DNA of 62,772 nt, filler included, from Stramenopiles sp. TOSAG23-2 (Eukaryota), in the NCBI GenBank assembly GCA_900128395.1. It is 17 parts of 17 records of this genome, joined end to end, with 100 filler letters (N's around TTAATTAATTAA, not from the genome) between each part and the next. Parts side by side here need not be neighbours in the genome. Positions count along the whole stretch, not along the records: positions 42,654 to 47,840 come from LT650709.1; positions 47,941 to 53,124 come from LT650710.1; positions 53,225 to 54,504 come from LT653279.1; positions 54,605 to 55,884 come from LT653280.1; positions 55,985 to 57,262 come from LT653281.1; 12 more parts are not named here. One strand, 5' to 3'. The notes under the pieces were generated by a model that worked only from the letters and a program-made list of their open reading frames with translations, was not told where the DNA came from and ran no database searches. Position 1 is the first letter of the stretch. Each line of letters begins with the position of its first letter. Below are positions 44,400 to 55,986 of the stretch, in pieces. The position numbers and the translations under genes are program-made.

Positions 44400-45223
44400 G
44401 AAATCCACAAGAAAAGGAGGCATGCTATAAATTAGGTTTATTAACACCAGATGAAGCTCAACATACAAATGTATATAAAATATCTAACTTTTTAACATAT
44501 GATGAAATTGAAAAAATAAAACAGGCTATAAGAAAATGGCAAAATGAACGAAAAATTGGAATTGTCGAACGCAATAATAAAGAGCAAAGATCAACATTTA
44601 AAGATGCTGTTTGGAGAACTTCGTTTTTGCACACTAATAATCAATTTAAAAAGTTTTTCCCTGAAATACATGCAAGAATAATTGATCAAATAATAATTAC
44701 TGATAAAAAACATTGGAAATTAATCCATCATCGTCAAAATAAAAATGAAAATGAAAATAATAATGATAATACTCTAAAAAATCGTGTGGAACATTTAAAT
44801 CTACGTACAATTGAATCACATGAATATACAAATGGTGGGCAATTGCAACGAAATAAACATTATGATGCCGGTTCAATTGTTACAATTGATATTATGTTGA
44901 ATGATTCTAATAATGAATTTCAAGGTGGGGAACTATCGTTTCCACAATTTATTGATCAGGAGCTGGATGACCCTAATACATCAAGAACAAATAATGTTGA
45001 TATAATTAAATTGGAAAAAGGTGATATGGCATTGTTTCTCTCGCATAAATATCATAATGTCTTGCCAATACGAAGTGGAAAAAGGCATGTACTTGTAATG
45101 GAATTATGGAATGGTCCTGAAAAAACATGTCCACATCGATGTGAAACTGTTGGAAAATGTACACATACATTAAATCGTTCACATTTAGGAAATTTTTCGC
45201 AACATGTTGGTTTGTTAGGGTGA
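44306..45223 (+). CDS. 2-oxoglutarate/Fe(II)-dependent dioxygenase
   Basis: HYD facial motif, FQGGEL, KGDMALF, HNVLPIRSGKR. The start is uncertain because it overlaps the GH28 3' exon. Confidence 0.85.
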   Translation: MCEWWGNTTAGRKFNDYLFNNNNKQKKEKNLRNPQEKEACYKLGLLTPDEAQHTNVYKISNFLTYDEIEKIKQAIRKWQNERKIGIVERNNKEQRSTFKDAVWRTSFLHTNNQFKKFFPEIHARIIDQIIITDKKHWKLIHHRQNKNENENNNDNTLKNRVEHLNLRTIESHEYTNGGQLQRNKHYDAGSIVTIDIMLNDSNNEFQGGELSFPQFIDQELDDPNTSRTNNVDIIKLEKGDMALFLSHKYHNVLPIRSGKRHVLVMELWNGPEKTCPHRCETVGKCTHTLNRSHLGNFSQHVGLLG

Positions 45224-45388
45224 GAGAGAGTTATTTTGTACCGTGTAAAATATTTTAAAATATACAAGATACCCGAAGTTCATATATATGATGATGTATC
45301 ATATTTTACTTTTTTAATCTTGCACACACACGCACCACGTCTCTCTATAAAAATCTCACCACATCCTCTCTGCTGACCACCATTTATT

Positions 45389-46180
45389 TTATATATTTTT
45401 ATCTTTCGGTATTGGTTTACATTGAAAATAATCATTCTTATTTTCTACGTATGGTTTCATTAATGCCATCATCCTTACATGTTTGTTATTAATTGCATAA
45501 TCAAATGGAGTCTCATTTCTCCAATCAGCAAACTTTGTTAAATCATATTTTGTATTGAAAGTTTCTAATAAATATTTTGCAACATTTAAACTATTAAACT
45601 TTGCTGCAATATGCAATGCTGTAACATCATCCTCATCATTATAAGTTGGTAAAAGTCGTGGTTCTAAAAACGTAATTACATTTATAATTCCAATAATCCA
45701 TGTCAAAAACATTGATACTAAAAATTTCGTAATTTCAAAATCTTCTACATGTATACTATGTCCTTCATATTGAACAGTACCTTTAATAATTGGCAAGTGA
45801 CGTGTCTCATCAAATCGTAAACTAAGTAACCAAAACAAATAATATATTGTATATGTGGCAAATAAACATAATAGATAGAACACAATGGTTTTGAACGTTT
45901 TGCTAAATCGAGCATTAAGTATTCGTTTCACTTCATCTACCATATCCATCTCACAATATTGAAACAATTCAGCACCTTGACCACGTATATACATTCCAAG
46001 TACAAAATATTCAATTACCCACGGATTTGTTGAATTTTGTTTCCTTTTTAATTGTTTTTTTGCTTCATATTCCGCTTCATCCTCTTCACCACCAATACAT
46101 TGCTCTTGTGTATGATTTGATGCCGCATCTCGGTCTTTTACTTCATTGCTATTGTTACTACTAGATTCAGACTCAGACAT
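45389..46180 (-). CDS. Ankyrin-repeat protein with two TM segments
   Basis: TALHIAAKFNSLNVAKYLL, ETPFDYA, two hydrophobic helices. Confidence 0.75.
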   Translation of the reverse strand: MSESESSSNNSNEVKDRDAASNHTQEQCIGGEEDEAEYEAKKQLKRKQNSTNPWVIEYFVLGMYIRGQGAELFQYCEMDMVDEVKRILNARFSKTFKTIVFYLLCLFATYTIYYLFWLLSLRFDETRHLPIIKGTVQYEGHSIHVEDFEITKFLVSMFLTWIIGIINVITFLEPRLLPTYNDEDDVTALHIAAKFNSLNVAKYLLETFNTKYDLTKFADWRNETPFDYAINNKHVRMMALMKPYVENKNDYFQCKPIPKDKNI

Positions 46181-46320
46181 GGTTTAATGTATTTCTTTTT
46201 TTCGTTTTCTATTATTAATATGGATGTGTATGTTTTCCATATTATGTTTATTTCTATTATTATATTTATTATTGTTGGCAATAGTTTGAAAATAATAATT
46301 ATTATTTGAGATGAATCACA

Positions 46321-46417
46321 TCACATACATATTTAAATATAATAAATTGATGAAATAGGAAGAAGGAAAATCACATACATATTTAAATATAAATTGATGA
46401 AATAGGAAGAAGGAAAA
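46321..46417. repeat. Near-exact ~50-bp tandem duplication in a divergent intergenic region
   Basis: TCACATACATATTTAAATAT(AAT)AAATTGATGAAATAGGAAGAAGGAAAA occurs twice, differing by one AAT. Confidence 0.85.
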
Positions 46418-46510
46418 TAATAAACATACGGATAGATATTATACATATATATATATATAATCAATTGCAACAGAAGAGGTAAGAACATTCAATTCAATTT
46501 TTAAAACACA

Positions 46511-46747
46511 ATGGATACAATTGCAGCAAGTTTAATATGCATAGTTATGGGTATATTATTTGTTGGTGTATTATATTTAGCACCAACTGAAGTGGCTAAA
46601 TTGGATAGAAATGATTCAAGGCAAATTAAATGGAGAATGTATGCTTTATGTTATGTTTCTGGTATATGTCCAATCATTGTATATTACTTTTTGAATGATA
46701 CAGATCGTAACATAGGATCGTTGTTTATGAAATTAGGTGTTTTGCCG

Positions 46748-46778
<31 letters not shown>

Positions 46779-47413
46779 ACAATACTGAAAACATCAATAT
46801 CATCATCAATCTAATTCAATGGATTTGGAAAGGCATTTTTATACCAACTTTTGTTACCGTATCTTTATTTATTGGTCCTTTGCTTGAAAACTATTATGAA
46901 GGTATTGAATTTAAACGAAATCCTATCTTTTCGATTAAACAAATTTATCAATCTTATACGGATGATATGGTATCCATTCGTGCATATGTATTGGCACCAA
47001 TATTTGAAGAATGGGTTTTTCGTGCATGTATGATATCAATTTTACAAGAAAATCAAATGAGTATTAAAAATATTACAATGTATTCACCGTTTTATTTTGG
47101 TATTGCACATTTACATCATGCATATAATATGATATATAAAGAAAAACAACCATGGAAAAGAAGTTTACTTATATGTTTTATACAATTTTTGTATACGTCT
47201 CTTTTTGGTTCATATGTAGCATATGTTTTTTGCCAAACAAGTAATATTTATGGTATTATCATACAACATTCTTTTTGTAATTATATGAGTTTGCCACAAC
47301 CACAGGTTTGGTTTCATAATAAACATCATTATTTATATAAATATAGTTTGAAATTATATGCAGGATATCTTATTGGTATAATTGCATTTTATTATTTTGT
47401 ACAGTTTATATAA
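46511..47413 (+). CDS. RCE1: CAAX prenyl protease 2
   Basis: APIFEEWVFRAC, FGIAHLHH, QFLYTSLFG, HSFCNYMSLP. Confidence 0.93.
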
Positions 47414-47792
47414 ATCTTATAAAAATAAAAAGAGGGGCCAAACATATGTATCTCGTTGATGGGAATGATTTTTTTGTTGATTAATTAGTGTATATATCGT
47501 ATGGTATGGTGGGTTAGTTAATGGGAAACCGTGCGTGTGTGTGTTTTACAAGGTTTGTCTTTTGGGGTTAAAAAATATTTTTGATTAATATTTGTGAATA
47601 AATAAAAATATGCATAATATGCATTCTTAAAAAATATTGTAATGAATTAGTTTTAAATTAAATAATCATCTCTCTCACTCTCTGTGATATACGAAGTAGT
47701 ACGAATCTATCTCTCACGCACAACATATCCATGCATCATATATAACTCTTATTTCAGACCAATCCGATCTCCCCCCCCCCCCTTCTTCTTTT

Positions 47793-47840
47793 TTAACCAG
47801 GTGGCATACGAATGGCACCATCAAGTCGTATTACTTCACC
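47793..47840 (-). CDS. HSD17B10: C-terminal 15 aa of a 3-hydroxyacyl-CoA dehydrogenase type-2 SDR (rest lost at the contig end)
   Basis: The minus strand reads GEVIRLDGAIRMPPG*, matching the NGEVIRLDGAIRM C-terminus of this SDR subfamily. Not in the supplied ORF track. Confidence 0.75.
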   Translation of the reverse strand, partial: GEVIRLDGAIRMPPG

Positions 47841-48169
47841 NNNNNNNNNNNNNNNNNNNNNNNNNNNNNNNNNNNNNNNNNNNNTTAATTAATTAANNNN
47901 NNNNNNNNNNNNNNNNNNNNNNNNNNNNNNNNNNNNNNNNATAACATATTATTCTTGCGATTGAGTATTGAGCATATTACTTTAACACGAGAAGTGTAAA
48001 AATATTATAACTTAGATTTTAACCAATATTATCTAGATAGTCTTTAAAATATTTTATTTAATTAGCTTAATGCATAATTTATTTTAGTCTTTAAAATATA
48101 TTATATTTTTAAAAATGCACACATTTTTTTTTACGAACACACACACAAATCTCCTTCCCAAATTTTAAA

Positions 48170-50548
48170 TCACACCCAAGATGCTTTAAAAAAATGTTCA
48201 TCCGCCCAATATCTTCTACGTCGTTTATGTGGGATAAAAGTATGTGTTTTTTCTTGAGTGAAAAAATCTTTCCATTTTCGTGAATCTACACAACATCTAC
48301 TGCATATACTACGTTTTTCATGATTAAATGCTTTACAGAAATTACATTGCCATGAATGATCAGGAAATTTATAATCGTGTTTTTTATTGATGTATGCAGG
48401 TAATTTTTTACCAATTGATGGTGGATCAATTGAAGGTGGTGGTGCAAAATTATCTAATAATCTAATTGTCTTCAAATTTTGAGCGTTTGCCATCGTATTT
48501 ATCGCCATCAGCTCATCTGCCCCACGCTTTTTACGAGGCCGTCCAACAGGATTTTTCTTATTTGTAACTAGATTTCCACCTACAGGATTTTTACGAGGCC
48601 GTCCAACAGGATTTTTCTTCTTCTTTTCGCCATGTTTTCCCCCTTTTATTTCACCTTTGTCATTGTTATTATTATAAATACTTCCAGTATTACCATAAGA
48701 AGCATTATCCATACTAACTTTAGAAAGTTGAATCGAGTTTTCTAAATCATAAATTTCTTCAACAACTCCATCTTCATGATATACAACAGTATGAATATTA
48801 TCACGCGGTCGAAAGTATCCAACACGTGCTTTACTCCATCTTTTTTCATATGGCAACCAAATCTCAACATCTTTTCCCGTCAATTTGGATGATCTTTTTT
48901 TATGTGTATGTTTTTTACAAAACGCAGCTAATTGAATTTTCTCTGAATTTTGACCACTTAAACGTTCTATACACATGTAAAATCCTTCTTTTTTTCCACA
49001 ACTTGGATGGAATTTAAATTTACATGAAGGGATACTGCAATGAACAACTGCGCCATCTTTTTGACCACACACATCACAAAATTCTTCAAATAAATTGTTA
49101 GGTATTCTATCCAAAGATCCTTTTCTATGATTATTTTTATCAATGGAACAAATAGGCTCCATTTTCTTATTATCTAAAAATCCAGCCTCGGGAATCCATA
49201 AAGCACAAAATGAATGTGCCCAGCGTCCATCACTAGTCCGTCGCATTGCACCAAAATTTCCTCCATTGGGGCAAAAAATACACTTTGGGGGTTCCTGAAA
49301 GCCAGCATTGCATGTGTCACAATACCATTTATCAGGAGGTATTTTTGGAATATTATAACAGGATTGGTGAACACCAATATTACAACGATCACAAAAGATT
49401 ATTTGATCAATAGCATTAGCATCGTCAAAACATATTGTACATAAATCTGGTGAAAATTTTCCAAAATCTTCAATTGGTGCTTGTATTTTTTGTCGTGGCT
49501 TTGCACGTATAGGTTTAGGATCTTGTTTTTTCAATTTATAACTGCATGTTTTTTCATGTTCCGCTACCACATTGTATGTTCCAATAAAACCACAACGATA
49601 ATCACATCCATATGTTTTTGGCTCATTACGGCGGGGGGGCTCTTTATCATCATTTTGTCTAATTTCATCAGTTGTTGTTGATGTCAAATCCACAACAATA
49701 TCATTGTTATCTAATAATGGTATTATATTATTATTATTATCGACAGTGTTATCGTTATTATTTATATTATTATTAGTAGTAGTATGATTGTTGTTGTTGT
49801 TGTTGCTGTTATTCATTTGACAAGCATTACAATGCCATATTAAAGGTGGATCAAGTTCAGATACAAAACCAACACAACAACCATGAAACCAATTTTGACA
49901 CGTATCACATTGAACAGAGAAATGAAATCCATCCATAAATGGTGCGCCATTTCTTAAATAACACATATCTGTACACTGAACACCGTCATCTTCATAATAA
50001 ATTTCATCTAAATTTATAAAATGGTCATTCGTATCATGTTGGTCGCGATTCACAACAGTTTCTTCACGTAAGAAATTCATACTTTCATCCAATACTCGAT
50101 TGTTATTTAAATATTTTGTACAATTATCATGACTATTAAATACTTGAAGCTTTGTGAAACGAGCTTTACATAGTGGACATGTATTTGTTACATCACTCCA
50201 TGCTTTAATGCAAGAAATATGATATATATGCTTACAATTATCCAACACGGCAAGTCCATCGTCATTTAATTTGTTTGTATCATCTTGCATATCATTAAGA
50301 CATATTGGGCATGGTTCTTTTTCATCTATTTCATATGGTGTTGGTTGTTTATTATTATTAATATCCTCACTATTATCAATAACCTTAGTGTTATTATTAT
50401 CAATATCCTCAGTGTTATTATTATCAATATCCTCAGTGTTATTATTATCAATATCCTTATTGTTATTATTATCAATATCCTCAGTGTTATTATTATCAAT
50501 ATCCTTAGTGTTATTATTATTCTGTTTTATAACTCCTTGTTCCATCAT
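48170..50548 (-). CDS. Chromatin reader: RING + PHD + PHD/Zn-knuckle/ePHD (PZP) + Tudor-like + AT-hooks + RanBP2-type Zn finger
   Basis: CPICL...CKHIYHISCI..W...CPLCK; QCDTCQNWFHGCC; FCDRCNIGVHQSCY...WYCDTC; WAHSFCALWIPE; FHPSCG; VEIWLPYEKRWSKARV; GRPRK twice; WQCNFCKAFN...CSRC. Confidence 0.9.
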   Translation of the reverse strand: MMEQGVIKQNNNNTKDIDNNNTEDIDNNNNKDIDNNNTEDIDNNNTEDIDNNNTKVIDNSEDINNNKQPTPYEIDEKEPCPICLNDMQDDTNKLNDDGLAVLDNCKHIYHISCIKAWSDVTNTCPLCKARFTKLQVFNSHDNCTKYLNNNRVLDESMNFLREETVVNRDQHDTNDHFINLDEIYYEDDGVQCTDMCYLRNGAPFMDGFHFSVQCDTCQNWFHGCCVGFVSELDPPLIWHCNACQMNNSNNNNNNHTTTNNNINNNDNTVDNNNNIIPLLDNNDIVVDLTSTTTDEIRQNDDKEPPRRNEPKTYGCDYRCGFIGTYNVVAEHEKTCSYKLKKQDPKPIRAKPRQKIQAPIEDFGKFSPDLCTICFDDANAIDQIIFCDRCNIGVHQSCYNIPKIPPDKWYCDTCNAGFQEPPKCIFCPNGGNFGAMRRTSDGRWAHSFCALWIPEAGFLDNKKMEPICSIDKNNHRKGSLDRIPNNLFEEFCDVCGQKDGAVVHCSIPSCKFKFHPSCGKKEGFYMCIERLSGQNSEKIQLAAFCKKHTHKKRSSKLTGKDVEIWLPYEKRWSKARVGYFRPRDNIHTVVYHEDGVVEEIYDLENSIQLSKVSMDNASYGNTGSIYNNNNDKGEIKGGKHGEKKKKNPVGRPRKNPVGGNLVTNKKNPVGRPRKKRGADELMAINTMANAQNLKTIRLLDNFAPPPSIDPPSIGKKLPAYINKKHDYKFPDHSWQCNFCKAFNHEKRSICSRCCVDSRKWKDFFTQEKTHTFIPHKRRRRYWADEHFFKASWV
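50370..50520 (-). repeat. Coding 24-bp minisatellite (DIDNNNTE)
   Basis: About six copies of TTATTATCAATATCCTCAGTG-type units. Confidence 0.85.
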
Positions 50549-51530
50549 CCTATTATTATAATTTATAATATATTTATCTTGTATATATATATATATACAC
50601 TTTATTATGATTATGAAACGGCAGAAGAAAAAATCAACAAATAACAAGAGATGTAAAATAACAAGCACTCAAAAAAACAATTTCAAACAAGTAGTATTAA
50701 ATGAAACATGTATGTTGAAACGGGAGAGTTGATCATTCATTCATCTACTAAAGTATTATATATATAATTTATTATGTATCTTTTTTTTTCGCAAATAATA
50801 ATTAAAATCGCGCGCAGCACCGCAATCATCCAGGGCACCAGGCCCAGCAGGCCCAGCAGGCCAGCAGGCAATCATCATCCCAGTAAATTCGGCACGGGTA
50901 ATGGTATGTCCATCGTAACCCCAAAAAAATATTCACAGTTTTGGGATTTTTTCACGCTAGGCTGACACAGCACCGTCTTAAGATTTTCATTTTGCGGGAA
51001 AAATTCCTCCACGAATTTTTATCGCCAACCCTACCCTCCAACCACGCCCCTTAAACACCTCTCGAGACCCCAAATCATTTTCGGATAACGCCTGCTGTGT
51101 GGTGCTAATGACTTGCCGTCTAAGATTTTTGGGAACGTCAATTATATAAGGATGCTATTTCGATTGGGCGGGAATGGAACACGAAAATGAAAGCTTTGGG
51201 AATCGTTACTGCCTACTTCAATATAGAAAAAATACAAACGGCGAATGGAATTCACCATTAATAACAGCCTGTTAATGAGTAGAACCAGAAAAACGCATTT
51301 TTAGAGAGCGTTAAATGATATTTCTATAGTACAAAACAATCGCACGGGGATGGCGAATAAGTAAAAAATATACGGGGAATAAAATAAAACCAATACAAAT
51401 GTATAAACAACGATTGATGTTATATTATTTACATACACAAACGCACAACAAATACAAAGACCGAACACAAACTGTATTATTAACCAAACCACCAAGCCAA
51501 CGAACAAACACCTGTTTAACAAATAGAAAC

Positions 51531-53124
51531 ATGATTATCTTTTGCCCAAAGCACAACCATAAGCCTTTCCCACCACCGGAAGACACCACACATACAGACG
51601 AAGTCTGGATCGGATCACGATCCAGTCGTATCTCTACTATTGTAGCAAACATCGATGGAACCATGTATGTATACTTTCATGAAGCACCGCAAGCGTTAAA
51701 CAAAGTGCTACGCGATGTGTACACATCCAAACTGTCTGCTCGTTTATCCGAACTGGAGAAGGACCAAGAAAAACACGCTATCAAACTGATTCGCGCGGCC
51801 AATGCTACTACAAAATCTCCGTTGGATATACCAAAAAGTGTATCGGTATATGAACTGAAACGATTGCAAGAAACCTTCGCCAAGTACGATGCCTTATACA
51901 AATCAAAACAAACAGTCACCTCCTATTCCAAAACGCAGGTGAAGAACGCGTTAAAAGCCTACGCAGAAGAGAAAACCAAGCAAGAGGTTGGTGCACAACA
52001 TACCTTGGAGAAAACCAAAAAGCAACTGTTGGTAAAATTGAAACAATACAAGGGCTTATCCACCGCAAAAAACGACGATAGCTTGTGGAAACGCGAAGGT
52101 ATCTATTGCATTGATGAACAAGAGCGTTGCAACCTTCTTAAATCCGCGTTTGATTTACCCCAAGAAACCAAACCAAAAAAGCCGCAACTTGAAAGCTGGA
52201 TGCGAACTATTGTGAAACATTGCGCAGATTATTACGAAACCCATTATTTGAAGTCTACGGATAAAGCAGTTGTGCGAATCGCAGAAACATGCGCATCCAT
52301 TGTCAACGGTGCAAAAAAGCCCATCACCGCCGAAGGAATTTTACGCAGTGCTGGATACGACAGCAACGGTAATGCAAAACCTATCAAGCAATATGGTTTA
52401 ACCAGAGCCGAAGGTCCCAAAACGTTGTCCAACAATGTAGCTGCGCTACGAAAATGTTTCTACATCATTAACATGGCTGCTGTGAAGCAAAGCCTGCCCA
52501 TCAAAAGCCATCCGATTCATGTATTGGACGGAATCCATCAAAGTCTAAAAGGTCTTTCGGTAGTTGGGAACGGCAAAGAAGAAATTGATTTGGGTATATC
52601 CAACAAGGACAAAAAAGAATTTGCTCAGCAGATGGTCCGTTGGGTGAAAGACCAACATGTTATCAGCAATTTCGAAACGTTGCAACAAGCATTACTAGCA
52701 CGCGGCATCACCTTCGACCAAGAAAAAGAACGCAAAACGCAGCGAACCAATAGCATAGACAAAATCAAAAAAGATATGCTGACGCTAACATTCTGGTATC
52801 CATTGTACCCGCTGGCAAGGATGCGAAACCGTATCGCTGGCAAAAACATTGGTTCAAGCATGGATGCGTTGATACAAACCTTGGTAACCAACACCAACAG
52901 TGAGATATATACCAAATTTTATTGTTGCACCATTGCACAGGCTAAAATTGTTGCCGATACTAAAAAAGAAAGCAAAAGCAATAAAAACCCAATGGTGTAT
53001 GGGCTTCCAGATGTCTCCAAACTGGAGCTCTTGTTTGCATTTACCTCGCACGTACAAACGCATGCACCTGCGATGGCATTTGCACGGCTCGCCGTTTCGT
53101 TGTGGCAATCCTACATGTTCAATT
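51531..53124 (+). CDS. Hypothetical protein of atypical composition; possible divergent tyrosine recombinase (3'-truncated)
   Basis: Visibly more GC- and CG-rich than flanking genes, no poly-Asn. Motifs KTLSNNVAALRKCF, KDMLTLTFWYPLYPLAR, AKIVADTKK...PMVYGLP. Confidence 0.55.
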
Positions 53125-53224
53125 NNNNNNNNNNNNNNNNNNNNNNNNNNNNNNNNNNNNNNNNNNNNTTAATTAATTAANNNNNNNNNNNNNNNNNNNN
53201 NNNNNNNNNNNNNNNNNNNNNNNN

Positions 53225-54504
53225 GATTTACAGCGTGTAAAACAGATACTTGAAGACGGAATAGAAAATATAAATGGGTATGACATTGCGGATACGAGCA
53301 ATCAAATGACTCCTATTATCCTCTCAAGTTTTAATGGGAATGATGAAATAGTAGAACTGCTTTTGCAACAGGAGAATATCGATGTAAATGTACAGACTCT
53401 ACATGGTGCAACAGCCCTAGCATGGGCAATTTCTAATGGTCACATAAAAATTTTTCACTTATTACTGAGCCATCCAAAAATTGACGTAAATTTGGCAAAA
53501 GTAGATCCTAGTGGTACTACACCGCTCCAGTTTGCATGTTTGAAACGAGAAGAGGAGGAACACGGAATGATCGAAGCACTTTTACAAATGCCTGGAATAG
53601 ATCTTCAGCAAAAGGATAGTGATGGACAAGATGCGTACGAAAGTGCAAAAAGGCAAGATGTAAAAGATTTGTTAGTAGCATATGGATATGTAACAGGTAC
53701 TTTGACCACAAAAACGGATGAGTTACAAAAATGTGGGCTCATGGGCCAAGGTGCGGGATGTTCTTGGGAGTTAATAGAAGATGTTAAGAACATGATTCAA
53801 AAATATCCTGAAAAGAGTGTGAAAGAATGTGATGTAAATGGATCGATGTTGCTGCACTGGGCTGTCTATTCCGGTGCTCCTTTGAATATTGTTGAATATG
53901 TGTATGAAGCCAATCCTGATGCTATTCGTCATAGAGGATATAAGAACATGTTACCTATTCATTTTGCAGTTAGTTATGATCGGACTTTTGAAACCTTTAA
54001 ATTTTTGTTCTCAAAGTTTTCCCAATCATTGAAAGCATTGTGGTTGAATCTAGAGTGGTGGTCGGGTAGTGCTTTGCACCAGGCGATAAGAAACATGGGG
54101 GGTATTGCGAAAAGTAGCATGGGAGGTGCTGCGAAATCAAAAGAGATAAAGAAGATTATAAACTTTCTTATAGACTGTCGTGAATTAAATTTTCTTACGA
54201 CGGAATCCCCGGCTGGTGAATTGCCATTGCATCTTGCTACTTACAAATTAGAAGAAGAGGAAATGTTGTTTAACAAGATACTTCAAGTTTATCCGGATGC
54301 TATAAAGCATAAGACTCTTGTGTTAGATTCAAATGATCAGCGGAACGACACAAATGGCGGAATTCCGTTGCACTACGCCGCTTTAAATGACAGTGTTATA
54401 ACGTGTAGAATTCTTATTGATCATTATCCTGACGGATTATATGCAAAAAATGCAAATGGCCATACCCCATTAGATTTGGCTGAAAAATATGAATATGCGA
54501 ACAC
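53225..54504 (+). CDS. Ankyrin-repeat protein (partial at both ends)
   Basis: TPIILSS..G..EIVELLL, TALAWA, TTPLQFA, LLHWAV, LPLHLA, PLHYAA, TPLDLA. The frame is open across the whole contig. Confidence 0.9.
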
Positions 54505-54604
54505 NNNNNNNNNNNNNNNNNNNNNNNNNNNNNNNNNNNNNNNNNNNNTTAATTAATTAANNNNNNNNNNNNNNNNNNNNNNNNNNNNNNNNNNNNNNNN
54601 NNNN

Positions 54605-54867
54605 TTTGTTTTGTCATTTGCGCTTGTCTTATCTTTAGTTATATTTGGATTAGTCTTGTAACTATCCTTATTTTTATTGCTATCTAGCTTGTTTTTGTTG
54701 TTATTATTGTTGTTATTCTTAATATCCTTATCAAAAGCATCTTTATTGTTGTTTACAATATCCTTTTTATCTATTGCAGATACACCTTTCTTCTCCTTAT
54801 TGTTTCCCTCTACGTTTCCATTATTAATAGTTGATGTATCGCTTGTCGATGAATTTTTTTCACTCAT
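54605..54867 (-). CDS. N-terminal low-complexity fragment of an unknown protein
   Basis: MSEKNSSTSDTS... is open to the linker. Confidence 0.55.
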
Positions 54868-55585
54868 TATATATACGAAGAACAATATTTCCACTTAATA
54901 CAATTCTCCAATATTTTGTGTTTGTCCTTTTCTTCTTCTAGTTCAAATCTATTCTATCGACATATAATATTACGTATACGATTTACTTTTACTCTCTCCA
55001 CTACTTCCATCTATTACATATTATTATTTTGTAATTATTGTATTTTTTTTTTTTCGAACGAATTGCAAAATGATTCAAAAAAAAAAAAAATTACATTCTA
55101 TGCATGCACCTATTACTATCTTAATCTTATGCTCTTCTTCATCACCCACACTAACACCAGCACACTGGCACAGGGGATCACACAAATCATAAATTGTGCA
55201 AATCAATCAACAATGTGCAATCCCTGGGCAATCCAGCAATGCTAATAATAATGCGCCAATAATCGATTATTAAAAATATTATCAATCATCACAATAGGAT
55301 ATGCTAGCAGGTAAATACTATCGCCCAGGTTTTTTAAGAGCTTTTACCTATTATTCTAGAATTATCCTATTATCCTATATTATTATTTGTTCTATATAGG
55401 GCACCTTTCACTGCTAAAAAAGGTGGTGTAATTATATTATTAGATCGATTTATAGATTCTTCTTATTCTTCTGAAATGTAGATGAGATTGATAATTGTAC
55501 ATACAAACACTTCTTCATATATAGCCGTGTCGTTTGTAACACATAAAAATCGAGCTCTCCTATATCCCAGTAAAAATTAAAGAAG

Positions 55586-55828
55586 ATGCACCCCCTTGTC
55601 AGGGATTTGTATAAAAGGGTATTGATTGTAGGAAGAGATTATCCAGCTGGTTTGGAACATGTGAAAAAAAAAGCAAAAGAATATTTTCAACAAAACGCTC
55701 ATTTAACTGACGATTTTGAAATTAAAAGAGCTGTGGCAAGAGGTAGGTGGTATGTACGAAATGAAATTACAGGCGTGATCAAGTTAAAAAAATATAGAAC
55801 TATGAAACAAAGATACTACGATGATTAA
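55586..55828 (+). CDS. LYRM5: LYR-motif protein 5 (ETF regulatory factor)
   Basis: VRDLYKRVLIVGRDYPAG...F..NA...EI...ARG......I....KLKKYRTMKQRYY. Confidence 0.9.
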   Translation: MHPLVRDLYKRVLIVGRDYPAGLEHVKKKAKEYFQQNAHLTDDFEIKRAVARGRWYVRNEITGVIKLKKYRTMKQRYYDD

Positions 55829-55986
55829 AGCTAGAACATGTACAAAGATTTCACATTTTGTAAAATAAAAAAAAAATTAACCTTNNNNNNNNNNNNNNNN
55901 NNNNNNNNNNNNNNNNNNNNNNNNNNNNTTAATTAATTAANNNNNNNNNNNNNNNNNNNNNNNNNNNNNNNNNNNNNNNNNNNNCA

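Noticed and set aside
42658-47413. GH28 + 2OG oxygenase + ankyrin + RCE1 as a metabolic gene cluster
   Set aside because: The functions are unrelated, the packing is ordinary for a gene-dense eukaryote, and the GH28/oxygenase junction may be chimeric.
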